A stretch of DNA of 64,000 nt from Spirochaetia bacterium (GTDB lineage: Bacteria > Spirochaetota > Spirochaetia > SZUA-6 > Fen-1364). How positions within the stretch are numbered: position 1 is the stretch's first letter; each line of letters begins with the position of its first letter. The notes beneath the pieces were generated by a model. It made no database searches and had not been told where the DNA came from. It worked only from the letters and a program-made list of their open reading frames with translations. A program made the translations under genes and the position numbers. Location of the stretch: assembly GCA_035542415.1 (NCBI GenBank), contig DATKLM010000076.1, forward strand, positions 8,036 through 72,035, read 5' to 3'. This document shows, piece after piece, positions 9,579-18,485 of this stretch.

Positions 9579-11759
9579 ATGAGTACCTTGTCATCCCCCA
9601 AAGGCCGCGTGATCGAAGGTCACTGCGGAATCTGCCCCTCCGGCTGCCCGGTCCGCATCACCCTGAGCGGGGACCGTATCACCCGTGTCGCCCCGGATCC
9701 CGGCCGCCTTCGCGGTACCTGCTGCCGCCGCGTGGGGCGCGCGCCGGAGATTCTGTACTCGCCGGACCGGCTGCTCCATCCCCTCGCCCGAACGGGGGAG
9801 CGCGGAGAGGGCAGGTTCCGCCGCATCGGCTGGGACGAGGCGCTGGACACGATCGCGGCGAAGCTGCGGGAAACCGCCGCCCGCTTCGGCCCCGAGGCAG
9901 CATGCCTGTACACCGGGCGCGGCACCTTCGAGAGGTCGCTGTGGGAGATGCTCTCACCGGCAGGCGTGCGGGAGACCTGCGCCTGGAGCCTCCTGTTTCC
10001 GTTTGGCTCTCCCAACACGACGGGCGCCGGGTCCAACTGCTACGCGAGCCACGCGGTGATCGCGCCGGCAACGACGTTCGGGATCTGGTGGATCGACACG
10101 GTCCCTGACATCGACGAGGCGCGCCTGGTCGTCGTCTGGGGAACGAACCCGGCAAATGCCTCTCCGCCCGACACGATGGCGGCCATCCTGCGCGCCCGGC
10201 AGCGCGGGGCCCGGGTGATCGTGATCGACCACCGGCGGACGGAGACGGCGAAGAAGGCGGACGCGCAGTGGATCGCCGTCACCCCGGGAACGGATGGGGC
10301 GCTTGCCCTTTCCATGATCGCCACGATCATCGAGGAAGGACTGTACGACAGGAAGTTCGTGTCGGAGTGGACCATGGGGTTCGATGAGCTGAGCGAATAC
10401 GCGGCCCGGTTCACCCCCGAGCTCTCCGAGCCGATCACCGGTGTCCCCGCGGCGGTGGCACGGAAGGCGGCCCGGGACATCGCGCGCTCCGGCGGGACGT
10501 CCCTGGTCAGCTACGCGGGGCTGGAGTACTGCAACAGCGGCGTTCAGAACATCCGGGCTGTTATGCTCATCTGGGCCCTGACCGGAAACCTCGATGCGCC
10601 GGGCGGGATTCTCATCCGCGCCCCGGGCAGTTTTTTCCAGGTCAGCGCGAAGCGACGTCTCTCACCGCCCGCGGGCGCGCGTGCTCCCGTGGGGGCGGAA
10701 AGGTACCCGCTGTACCACTACTACCGGCACGAAGCCCAGGCCATGGAGCTTCCCCGCGCGATCCTCCGAAACGAGCCGTATCCGGTACGCGCATTGCTCG
10801 TCTTCGGCGCGTCGATCATCACGGGGTATCCTGATCCAGGCCTCTGGAAGAGAGCCTTTTCAGCCCTGGATTTCCTCCTCGTCGTGGACCGGTTTCTCAC
10901 GGAGGATTCCCGGTTTGCAGACCTTGTGCTGCCAGCCGCGACTTCCTTCGAGTACGACTCCTATCTCATCCTGGACAACGTGGTGAAGCTCCGACCCCGG
11001 GTCATCGAGCCGCTCGGAGAGTCGAAAAGCGACTGGGACATCGTCGCGGGGATAGCGGATCGTCTCGGATACGGACACCTGTTTCCCCGGTCCACTGATG
11101 AGATGCTGGAATGGGCCTTTGACGGCACGGGCGTCGATCTGGATGAGCTCAGGAAAAGCCCGCACGGCATCGAGCTTCCCGCGCCGCCGACACAGTATCG
11201 CAAGTGGGAGACCGGCCTCCTGCGGGAGGACGGAAAGCTGGGCTTTCCGACGCCGTCAGGGAAGTGCGAGATCGCGTCCAGCATCCTGGCGAGGCACGGG
11301 TATCCTGCGATCCCGGCCTTCACTGCGCCGATCGAAGGGCCCATTGCGGATCCCGCTGGAGCGGCGCAGTTCCCGCTGGTCTTCAACTCGGGGGCGCGCA
11401 ACCGCACGTTCTTCTGCTCGCAGCACCACAACATTTCCGGTATTGCGAAACAGAGGCCGCGCCCGATGGTCTGGATCAATCCCCAGGACGCGGAAGCGCG
11501 GGGTATCGCGACCGGCGACGCCGTGGAGGTGAGCAGCCCGCGCGGCAGCCTGCGATACGAAGCCTATGTGACTGACGATATCCGTCCGGGGTGTGTGGAG
11601 GCCGACGCTGGTGGAGGCGCGTCCAGCGCGCCGGAAGCGTGGCGCCGCTGCAACGTGAACGAGCTCACCGACAGCGAGAACCGCGACCCGATCTCTGGTT
11701 TCCCCGTGTACAAGGCACTTCTCTGCGAGGTTGCCAAAGCGCGCCCAGAAGACCCCTAG
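9579..11759 (+). CDS. Molybdopterin (bis-MGD) oxidoreductase catalytic subunit, DMSO-reductase superfamily, cytoplasmic
   Basis: 726 aa. N-terminal 4Fe-4S motif (CGICPSGC...GTCC), MGD-binding regions (VVWGTNPA, VIVIDHRRTETA) and a C-terminal beta-barrel (GDAVEVSSPRGS). No twin-arginine signal peptide. Confidence 0.8.
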   Translation: MSTLSSPKGRVIEGHCGICPSGCPVRITLSGDRITRVAPDPGRLRGTCCRRVGRAPEILYSPDRLLHPLARTGERGEGRFRRIGWDEALDTIAAKLRETAARFGPEAACLYTGRGTFERSLWEMLSPAGVRETCAWSLLFPFGSPNTTGAGSNCYASHAVIAPATTFGIWWIDTVPDIDEARLVVVWGTNPANASPPDTMAAILRARQRGARVIVIDHRRTETAKKADAQWIAVTPGTDGALALSMIATIIEEGLYDRKFVSEWTMGFDELSEYAARFTPELSEPITGVPAAVARKAARDIARSGGTSLVSYAGLEYCNSGVQNIRAVMLIWALTGNLDAPGGILIRAPGSFFQVSAKRRLSPPAGARAPVGAERYPLYHYYRHEAQAMELPRAILRNEPYPVRALLVFGASIITGYPDPGLWKRAFSALDFLLVVDRFLTEDSRFADLVLPAATSFEYDSYLILDNVVKLRPRVIEPLGESKSDWDIVAGIADRLGYGHLFPRSTDEMLEWAFDGTGVDLDELRKSPHGIELPAPPTQYRKWETGLLREDGKLGFPTPSGKCEIASSILARHGYPAIPAFTAPIEGPIADPAGAAQFPLVFNSGARNRTFFCSQHHNISGIAKQRPRPMVWINPQDAEARGIATGDAVEVSSPRGSLRYEAYVTDDIRPGCVEADAGGGASSAPEAWRRCNVNELTDSENRDPISGFPVYKALLCEVAKARPEDP

Positions 11760-13195
11760 CGCCGGCGCGGAAGCTCCAGGACGCGCTCCACTTCCTGAGC
11801 CGTTGCGTCCGGAAGCGCAGAGCCGCGGTGGCTGGAGAGGATGTCCATCGTTTTTTCCCGGACACGAGCGCGCAGTCCCTTGCTTCCCGAGGCCTGCCAC
11901 GAGTCAAAACGCTGACGGTCGAACAGCGCGGGCTGCCAAAGCTCCCGGAAGTGCCGCACGGTGTGGTCTTCACCGAGGTAGTTGCCGCCCGGCCCCACCG
12001 CGTTGATGACTTCCAGCGCCAGCTCCTCCGCGCCGGTCCCGAAGCCGTCGGTGAAGTGACGCATCATGCCGATCATGTCCGCCGTGAAGACCATCATCTC
12101 GGGAGAGGTGATCAGCCCGGCCTCGAGGTACCCGACGTCGTGGATGAGGTTCGTCCCGCTGAGGAGCGCGGTCTGAACGGAGAACACGGCGTCCGCCGCC
12201 GCCTGCTCGTCAAAAAGAATGCCGTCGCTGTGCCCGGCATATCCCCAGGTGGGCAGCCCGTAGTGCCTGCCCATGCACGCCACGGCCGCGCGCGCGAGCT
12301 GGAACTCGGGAGCGCCGTAGACGCTGATGGAGGTCTTCATGTCCATGTGGTGCAGGCCGCTTCCGTAGAGGAAAGGCGCGCCGGGCCTGCGGCGCTGGTG
12401 CATGACGAGGCTGCTGAGGACCTCGGCGTTTCCCAGCGCGAGGCCGCCGGCAATGGTGACGGGAGCGGTGCTCCCCATCATGGGCGCGGGCGAATGCACG
12501 ATGGGGAGGCCCTCTGCCGCCATGTACAGGAGCTTCTCCGTGGCCGTGTCGCTGTGCTGAAGGGGGGTCGTGGGCTCCGAGTACAGGAGCAGCGTCGGAT
12601 TGAGCCGCAGCTCTTCCATCCCGCCCGCCACGACGGCGGCAGCCGCGGCAATGGCCCGGCAGTCCGCGGCGTCGTTGCAGACGAAGACCACGGGTTTGTC
12701 GCTTCCTTCGATCAGCGCCGCATACTGCCGGCGGTATGCGTTGCCCGTGAAGTCCCGCGGGATTCCCATGGACATGAGAAAACTGATCTCGGGAAGGGCA
12801 TCGGCCAGGCGCACGCAGGCATCGAGGTCCGCGAGCGTGAAGGGCCGCCGGGCGCCGGTGTCCGGGTCGAGGTAGTTGGGGCAGTCGGACCCGGGCCCGA
12901 AGCTTGACTCGCCGGGGGCGAGCCTGACGCCGGGCGCAGAAGAGCCGCGGCGGCAGAGCGTGATGGTGGACGGCGCCTGGTCCAGTGCCCACTCCACCAG
13001 CCCGGCGGGGATGCGTACGAGACTGCCATCCGTCACGGCGCAGCCGGCATCGCGAAGGAGCGCCACGGCCTCCGCGTGGTGCACGCGCACGCCGGTCCTT
13101 CTCAGGATCTCCAGTGACGTCTGGTGGATGGTTTCACATTGCGCCGCGTCAAGCAGCTCCAGGCGGGGAACCGCGCGGGAGGTGTCATTGCTCAC
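11756..13195 (-). CDS. MttB-superfamily (trimethylamine methyltransferase-like) corrinoid-dependent methyltransferase, non-pyrrolysine type
   Basis: 479 aa, colinear by recollection with MttB/MtgB family proteins. The ORF is uninterrupted with no in-frame TAG. Confidence 0.7.
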   Translation of the reverse strand: MSNDTSRAVPRLELLDAAQCETIHQTSLEILRRTGVRVHHAEAVALLRDAGCAVTDGSLVRIPAGLVEWALDQAPSTITLCRRGSSAPGVRLAPGESSFGPGSDCPNYLDPDTGARRPFTLADLDACVRLADALPEISFLMSMGIPRDFTGNAYRRQYAALIEGSDKPVVFVCNDAADCRAIAAAAAVVAGGMEELRLNPTLLLYSEPTTPLQHSDTATEKLLYMAAEGLPIVHSPAPMMGSTAPVTIAGGLALGNAEVLSSLVMHQRRRPGAPFLYGSGLHHMDMKTSISVYGAPEFQLARAAVACMGRHYGLPTWGYAGHSDGILFDEQAAADAVFSVQTALLSGTNLIHDVGYLEAGLITSPEMMVFTADMIGMMRHFTDGFGTGAEELALEVINAVGPGGNYLGEDHTVRHFRELWQPALFDRQRFDSWQASGSKGLRARVREKTMDILSSHRGSALPDATAQEVERVLELPRRR

Positions 13196-13249
13196 GCAGG
13201 GATTGAACGACGGAACGGCCGGCCTGTCAAGAAAAGGGGAAGAGATTGC

Positions 13250-14095
13250 TCAGGCAGTAGCCCGCTCGCGCTGCCGGGAGGCGGGCAGGCCGCAGAGCGC
13301 GTTGTGCCGGAACAGCTCTCTCAGGAACTCGGTGATGTCCTCGTTCGTCATGATGGTGTGTTCGATGAAGTACCGGCCGATGGGGCGCTGACGCGCGCGC
13401 TGGATGCGCAGGATGCGGGCGACGTCTTCCACGCTGAGAAGCCGAAGCCGGTAGGCCGTCTCCCCGGTGCGCTCATGACCGGCGCGGGCCCGCAGGACCC
13501 GGATGACGTCCATGCCCTCCACGGCGCGAAGCTGGCGCGCGAGCTCGAGGAACCGGGGCCGGCTGGACCGCTGCCACACGAGGGCCGAGATGAGCGTCTG
13601 CCACGAAATCCGGCCTGAATAGTAGAGAAACTCCGCCAGCCGAAGGCGGCGCCGGGGAAGCGGCCCGCCGTAGAAGATCTCTCGGGTCCGGTGGGGTTGG
13701 GGGCCGGCAGCCCGGGCGCCCTGCGCCTGTCCCTCCGACGGCCGTTCGTTCGCTGCCCGTCCATTCGCCGTGCCGGCCTCCTGCTGAGTGGCGGCGGGGC
13801 CGCTGGACGGGCGCGCCTGCGGCGCGGCGGGGCGCCGCGGCTCGGCGCGGGTTTCCTCGGCGTGGCGGCCACGGGCCAGGAGAAAGGCCATGAGCAGCTC
13901 GTAGGCGCGGGATGCCTCGATGAATCGCGTCCCGGTCCGGGAGGTTCCCGTCATGTCGGGGTGCGTCTGCAGGGCGAGCCGACGGAAAGCGCTCCTGACC
14001 ATTGCGACGGTCAGCTGAGCGAGCAGGGCCTTGCCCGCCCTCCGGGCCTGCGGCCCGAGGAGGACAACGCACGCCTCAAGGAGCTTGGAATCCAT
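13250..14095 (-). CDS. J-domain (DnaJ-like) protein with low-complexity linker and C-terminal tandem GspE_N/MshEN-like repeats
   Basis: HPD tripeptide in the context AFRRLALQTHPDMTG...ASRAYELL. A Pro/Ala/Gln/Arg-rich linker follows. The C-terminal 130 aa carry repeated 24-aa R-L-x-x-x-L...G-x-I...L...L..Q motifs. Confidence 0.6.
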   Translation of the reverse strand: MDSKLLEACVVLLGPQARRAGKALLAQLTVAMVRSAFRRLALQTHPDMTGTSRTGTRFIEASRAYELLMAFLLARGRHAEETRAEPRRPAAPQARPSSGPAATQQEAGTANGRAANERPSEGQAQGARAAGPQPHRTREIFYGGPLPRRRLRLAEFLYYSGRISWQTLISALVWQRSSRPRFLELARQLRAVEGMDVIRVLRARAGHERTGETAYRLRLLSVEDVARILRIQRARQRPIGRYFIEHTIMTNEDITEFLRELFRHNALCGLPASRQRERATA

Positions 14096-14178
14096 TACCC
14101 CCTATTATCGTGAACGAGGGCTGAAAGAACAAGAACCTTTCCCAGGACCTCTCAAAGTTTCTGGAACCGGCGCGCCCG

Positions 14179-15138
14179 GTGCGCTACACTCTGCCCGTGA
14201 CCGTCCTGACGATCGCCCTGACCATCCTCGGTTTGTCTCTCTTCGAAACCATCTCCAGCATCGACAACGCGATCATCAACGCCACCGTGCTCGGGGGCAT
14301 GGCCCCGCGGGCCCGCCGCTGGTTCCTCACGTGGGGGATCCTGTTCGCCGTGTTCGTCGTGCGCGGCCTGCTCCCGTGGCTCATCGTCTGGATGACTCTT
14401 CCCGGCCTCGGTCCCGGGGGAGCGTTCATGGCCGCCCTGTCCAGCGATCCGAAGGTCACGGAGTCCGTGGAGAAGTCTGCCCCGATTCTTCTCATGGGGG
14501 GAGGGGTGTTTCTCGTTCTCCTGTTCCTCCACTGGCTGTTTCTCGAGCCCAAGAAGTACGGGATCTTCGGCGAGCGGTTCTTCTTCGAGAAAGGAGTCTG
14601 GTTCTACGCCGTGGCGTCCCTTTTCCTCGCCGTAACCGTGTGGTTCTCCCTGCGGATCGGGGATCTCCTCGCGTTCTCCGCGATCATCGGCTCCACGGTT
14701 TTCTTCATCACGCACGGATTCAAGGAAAACGCGGAACGCCAGGAGAAGAGGCTCATCGGGGGGGCGATGTCTGATGTGGCGAAGATCCTCTACCTCGAAG
14801 TGATCGACATGACGTTCTCCATAGATGGCGTGCTCGGCGCGTTCGCATTCACGCTGTCCGTTCCGCTCATCATTGCCGGCAACGGACTGGGAGCGTTCGT
14901 CGTGCGGCAGATCACCGTCGGCAATGTGGAAAGAATCAAGAGGTACCGGTACCTGAAGAACGGGGCGATGTATTCGATCCTCTTCCTGGGCGCGGTGATG
15001 ATATGCGACGGCTTCGGGCTCACGATCCCCCAGTGGATCTCGCCCCTTCTCACGTTCGGCGTCGTGGGCTTCTTCTTCGGCAAGTCTCTCCTGGAGCTGC
15101 GCCGCGAGCCCGCGGCGGAGGACCACCGGTCTCTTTAG
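14179..15138 (+). CDS. Integral membrane protein, TerC/DUF475 family
   Basis: 319 aa, GTG start, multiple TM segments. ETISSIDNAIINA and FSIDGVLGAF are paired SxDN/SxDG motifs characteristic of the TerC clan. Confidence 0.6.
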   Translation: MRYTLPVTVLTIALTILGLSLFETISSIDNAIINATVLGGMAPRARRWFLTWGILFAVFVVRGLLPWLIVWMTLPGLGPGGAFMAALSSDPKVTESVEKSAPILLMGGGVFLVLLFLHWLFLEPKKYGIFGERFFFEKGVWFYAVASLFLAVTVWFSLRIGDLLAFSAIIGSTVFFITHGFKENAERQEKRLIGGAMSDVAKILYLEVIDMTFSIDGVLGAFAFTLSVPLIIAGNGLGAFVVRQITVGNVERIKRYRYLKNGAMYSILFLGAVMICDGFGLTIPQWISPLLTFGVVGFFFGKSLLELRREPAAEDHRSL

Positions 15139-15401
15139 CGCAGCCGGGAGGCTTCGAACTCGAGCTTCAGAACGAGGTGATCGAGCTTGTCCAGCTTGAT
15201 CGTCGCGGCCTTCTTCCTGATGCTGTCCAGAGACGGGAGAACCGTTTCGGTATAGCGCTGGACCGCCTGCCGCGCCTTTTCGATCCTGTCGTGTCCAGAC
15301 GCCTCGTTCACGTACGCAATGATCAGCTTCTTGCTCGTCGTGGTGAGCTCCGTCTTGTTCAGGTGCTCGATGACCGCGAAGAGGGCAAGGAGAAAGCTCA
15401 T
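15135..15401 (-). CDS. Hypothetical small protein (88 aa; alternative starts at 15434 or 15464)
   Basis: ORF only, predicted helical and charged. No recognisable motif and no clear SD. Confidence 0.3.
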   Translation of the reverse strand: MSFLLALFAVIEHLNKTELTTTSKKLIIAYVNEASGHDRIEKARQAVQRYTETVLPSLDSIRKKAATIKLDKLDHLVLKLEFEASRLR

Positions 15402-15514
15402 TTCGCTCACAGGAGTTTCCCCCGGTCGCCCCATCCTACGAAGCGCTGCCGGCGGTGTCAACAATGCCGCCGCATGCCGGGGCGGTCGGCGGCGACTTCG
15501 CCGCGTCGTTTCCC

Positions 15515-15543
15515 TTGACGGCGGCGGGGGAATACGCTATGAT
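15515..15543 (+). promoter_or_regulatory. Near-consensus sigma70 promoter (TTGACG-N17-TATGAT) about 360 nt upstream of the RRM protein gene
   Basis: Hexamers and 17-nt spacing read directly. No protein-like ORF lies between it and 15909. Confidence 0.5.
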
Positions 15544-15549
15544 CTCGAA

Positions 15550-15908
15550 CGTATTCCGGTCGCTCGTGGGTGAGGTTTCGTTGAAACAGGACTGACATGC
15601 GGAGGAATACCGCGTTCTCCGAGAAAAGGCGCGCGGAGGGATGACAGGGCTCGCGCGGGATTGCATCACAGGATGTAGGCCGCCCAGGGGTGAATCTGGA
15701 AGAAGCTCGAGTGATCGAATTACTTCCCCATAAAGTAATCGCGTCCAACCGAATCAATTCTTGTCCCCCCTCTTTCCAGGCCCGGATTTTTCCAGCATCG
15801 TTTCTGCCCGCCGGCATGACGGGAGCGCAGTAAGGGCCGGCCGTCGGCAGGCCCGGGAGCACCAGGGGTAGGGCGGGGCGCAGACCCCGCACACAAAGGG
15901 GGAGCGGC
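15550..15908 (+). promoter_or_regulatory. Long structured 5' leader (or independent ncRNA) preceding the RRM RNA-binding protein gene
   Basis: Several stems are visible: GUAUUCC(15552)/GGAAUAC(15606); an AT-rich hairpin at about 15710-15750; GCGGGG-CGCAGA-CCCCGC just before the SD. The pyrimidine tract CCCCCCUCUUU (15765-15775) is complementary to the SD region AAAGGGGGAG (15895-15904). Confidence 0.4.
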
Positions 15909-16211
15909 ATGGCGAAAAAGATCTATGTCGGCAACATGAACTACAACACCACGGAGGACACGCTGAGACAGCTGTTCGCGCAGTTCGGCGAGGTCGTCTC
16001 GGTCAACGTGATCACGGACCGCTACACCGGTCGGGCCAAGGGGTTCGGGTTCGTGGAAATGGCCTCGGAGGACGCGGCCCGTTCCGCCATGGCGGCGCTG
16101 AACGGCAAGGAAGTGGACGGCCGGCAGCTCAAGGTCAACGAGGCCAACGAGAGGCCGCGGGACAACAACAGAAGCGGCGGGGGCGGCGGAAGCCGAAGCC
16201 GCTACTACTAG
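15909..16211 (+). CDS. RRM-type RNA-binding protein with Gly/Arg-rich tail
   Basis: RNP2 KIYVGNM and RNP1 KGFGFVEM motifs, with a C-terminal NNRSGGGGGSRSRYY tail. Confidence 0.9.
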   Translation: MAKKIYVGNMNYNTTEDTLRQLFAQFGEVVSVNVITDRYTGRAKGFGFVEMASEDAARSAMAALNGKEVDGRQLKVNEANERPRDNNRSGGGGGSRSRYY

Positions 16212-16236
16212 GATTTCAAGAAGCCCCGGGGAGGAA

Positions 16237-16275
16237 CCGCGGCGGCCTGGCGCTGCCGCGGCGCTTCCCTTTTGA
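16237..16275 (+). terminator. Intrinsic terminator after the RRM gene (CCGCGGC-N11-GCCGCGG followed by a CUUCCCUUUUGAUUU tail)
   Basis: A 7-bp GC stem plus a U-rich tail, seen directly. Confidence 0.5.
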
Positions 16276-16349
16276 TTTCGTCCTTTCCCCAGGAAACTCT
16301 ACCCGTGCCTGCCTTCCGGCTCAGCACGGCGCGCAGAGAGGAGGACCGT

Positions 16350-16601
16350 GTGGGAAGATCGCCGTATCAGAGTGAGAAACGCCGCAAGGAGCTGGCCCGG
16401 CTGAAAAAGCAGGAAGAGAAACGGCAGCGGCGCTTCAACAAGAAGCACGACCAGGGAAAAACAGAGGATCAGCCCGGAGAACAGCCGTCTGCAGAAGGGA
16501 CGGCGGAGTCACCGGATTCCATGGCGGATTCCGGCCCTGCAGAGACAGGGCCGCAGGATTCCGGTTCGGGAACGCCGACCGGCGGGGGGGGACCGGTCTG
16601 A
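16350..16601 (+). CDS. Hypothetical small highly charged protein (83 aa from GTG 16350; basic KRRKELARLKKQEEKRQRRFNKK N-terminus, acidic/Gly-rich tail)
   Basis: A GGAGGA SD lies 4 nt upstream of the GTG. The listed upstream start at 16272 overlaps the terminator tail. Composition is disordered-like. Confidence 0.3.
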   Translation: MGRSPYQSEKRRKELARLKKQEEKRQRRFNKKHDQGKTEDQPGEQPSAEGTAESPDSMADSGPAETGPQDSGSGTPTGGGGPV

Positions 16602-16617
16602 TGAGCTGATTGCGGAG

Positions 16618-16647
16618 CCGAGTCCCCGCGTGAGGCGCGGGACTCGG
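16618..16647. terminator. Strong bidirectional hairpin between convergent small ORF and glnS (CCGAGUCCCCGCG-UGAG-GCGCGGGACUCGG)
   Basis: A stem of about 12 bp with one bulge, read directly. Confidence 0.5.
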
Positions 16648-16655
16648 TTCATCGC

Positions 16656-18398
16656 TCAGGAGGGGGCGCTCCTCTTCTCGATGCGCGCCCATGCATCCTT
16701 CAGTGAAACAGTCCGATTGAAAACGAGCCTCCCCGGCGCAGAGTCGGGGTCGACGCAGAAATAACCGAGCCGTTCGAATTGAAACCTCTCCCCCGGCCTC
16801 GCGTTCGCGAGACCCGGCTCCAGACGCGCTTCACGCGCGGTCTCCAGGGAGGCCGGGTTGATCGTTTCCTTCCAGTCTTTTCCCTCGGGAACCTCCTGGG
16901 GGAACTCCGCGGCGAACAGGTGGTCGTACAACCGTACCTCGGCGGGCACCGAGTGAGCGGCCGAGACCCAGTGGATTGTCGCCTTCACCTTGCGGTTGTC
17001 GGGGGCGTTGCCCCCGCGCGTGGAAGGATCGTAGGTGCAGCGCACTTCCTCAACGGCTCCCGTTGCCGGGTCCTTCATCACGCCGGTGCAGGTGACGATG
17101 TAGCCGTAGCGCAGACGCACCTGAGCTCCCGGCGAGAGACGGTAGTACTTCGGAGGGGGCACTTCCCGGAAGTCGTCCTGCTCGATGTACAGCTCGCCGG
17201 AGAACGGCACCTCTCGCGTACCGGCTGACGGGTCCTCGGGGTTATTCACCGCGGCGAGCTGCTCCACTTTTCCCGCGGGCCAGTCCTCGATCACCAGGCG
17301 AAGCGGCTTGAGGACGGCCATGACGCGCCGGCAGTGTTTGTTGAGGTCTTCCCTCAGGCAGTGCTCCAGGAGAGCGATGTCCACCGTGCTGTCCGCCTTG
17401 GAGACGCCGATGCGGGCCGCGAAGTCCCGCAGGGCTTCCGGCGTATAGCCCCGGCGCCGCAGTCCCACGATGGTCGGCATGCGGGGATCGTCCCAGCCGC
17501 TGACCCGTCCCTCACGCACCAGCTCGAGGAGCCAGCGCTTGCTCAGCACGGTATGGGTGAGATTCAGCCGGGCGAACTCGATCTGCCGGCTGTGGAAGAT
17601 CCCCAGCTGCTCGAGGAACCAGTCATAGAGGGGCCGGTGGATCTCGTACTCGAGGCTGCACAGGGAGTGAGTCACGCCCTCGATTGAATCGGAGAGGGGG
17701 TGCTGGAAGTCGTACATGGGGTAGATGCACCAGGCGTCCCCGGTGCGGTGGTGGGAGGCGTGGCGGATGCGGTACATCACCGGGTCCCGCATGTGGAGGT
17801 TGGGATGCGCCATGTCGATCTTCGCCCGCAGCGTCCGGGCGCCGTCGGGAAACTCACCGGCCCGCATGCGGCGGAACAGGTCGAGGTTCTCCTGCGGCGT
17901 GCGATTGCGGTACGGGCTGTCGCGTCCGGGCGGCGTCACGGTGATGGGGCCCTTGTCCGCCACGTCGGTGCCGCGGTACTCGCGAATCTCCTGCTCATTC
18001 AGGTCGTCCACGTAGGCCTTGCCGGCCATGATGAGCTGTTCGGCCCAGGCGTACAGCTGCTCGAAGTAGTCCGAGGCAAAAAACTCGCGATCTTCCCAGT
18101 CGAAGCCCATCCACTGTACGTCGTCCCGGATCGCATCGACGTACTCCTGCTCCTCCTTCGTCGGATTGGTGTCGTCGAAACGCAGGTTGCACTTCCCGCC
18201 GAACTGTCCGGCGATGCCGAACGAGATGCACATGGCCTTGGCGTGGCCGATATGGAGGTACCCGTTGGGTTCAGGAGGGAAGCGCGTGTGCACGCGGTCG
18301 AACCGGCCGCTTCGGAGATCTTCTTCGATGAAATCCCGGATGAAGTCCGAGGGTGCGGCCTTTTCAGGGGCAGGAACGGAGGACGACGTCTCTGTCAT
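16656..18398 (-). CDS. glnS: Glutaminyl-tRNA synthetase
   Basis: Start at the ATG at 18398 (MTETSSS...). HIGH motif ([14 protein letters not shown]), VLSKR (KMSKS-type) and GlnRS-specific C-terminal beta-barrels. The 271-aa upstream extension in the listed ORF is Arg/Pro-rich and overlaps another gene. Confidence 0.9.
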   Translation of the reverse strand: MTETSSSVPAPEKAAPSDFIRDFIEEDLRSGRFDRVHTRFPPEPNGYLHIGHAKAMCISFGIAGQFGGKCNLRFDDTNPTKEEQEYVDAIRDDVQWMGFDWEDREFFASDYFEQLYAWAEQLIMAGKAYVDDLNEQEIREYRGTDVADKGPITVTPPGRDSPYRNRTPQENLDLFRRMRAGEFPDGARTLRAKIDMAHPNLHMRDPVMYRIRHASHHRTGDAWCIYPMYDFQHPLSDSIEGVTHSLCSLEYEIHRPLYDWFLEQLGIFHSRQIEFARLNLTHTVLSKRWLLELVREGRVSGWDDPRMPTIVGLRRRGYTPEALRDFAARIGVSKADSTVDIALLEHCLREDLNKHCRRVMAVLKPLRLVIEDWPAGKVEQLAAVNNPEDPSAGTREVPFSGELYIEQDDFREVPPPKYYRLSPGAQVRLRYGYIVTCTGVMKDPATGAVEEVRCTYDPSTRGGNAPDNRKVKATIHWVSAAHSVPAEVRLYDHLFAAEFPQEVPEGKDWKETINPASLETAREARLEPGLANARPGERFQFERLGYFCVDPDSAPGRLVFNRTVSLKDAWARIEKRSAPS

Positions 18399-18440
18399 GG
18401 AACTCTCCTTCGGCCGCGCTTCAGGGGCGCGGTTGACGTA

Positions 18441-18469
18441 GTGATAGCCGCCGCGCCGGGCGGTGTCAA
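18441..18469 (-). promoter_or_regulatory. Possible glnS promoter (TTGACA-N17-TATCAC)
   Basis: Perfect -35, weak -10. Followed by a CCGCGC-N7-GCGCGG hairpin and a GGAG SD. Confidence 0.3.
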
Positions 18470-18485
18470 GGAGCGCCACCTGCCC

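Noticed and set aside
14096-14178. A yybP-ykoY (Mn2+) riboswitch in front of the TerC/DUF475-family gene.
   Set aside because: The gap is only 83 nt, too short for the ~100+ nt four-way-junction aptamer plus expression platform. None of the conserved GGGGAGUAG-type segments were seen.
15458-15910. A 150-aa minus-strand ORF, and other small ORFs, covering the long gap upstream of the RRM gene.
   Set aside because: The composition is Pro/Arg/Gly-rich and not protein-like, with no SD or promoter. A strong plus-strand promoter and RNA structure explain the region better.
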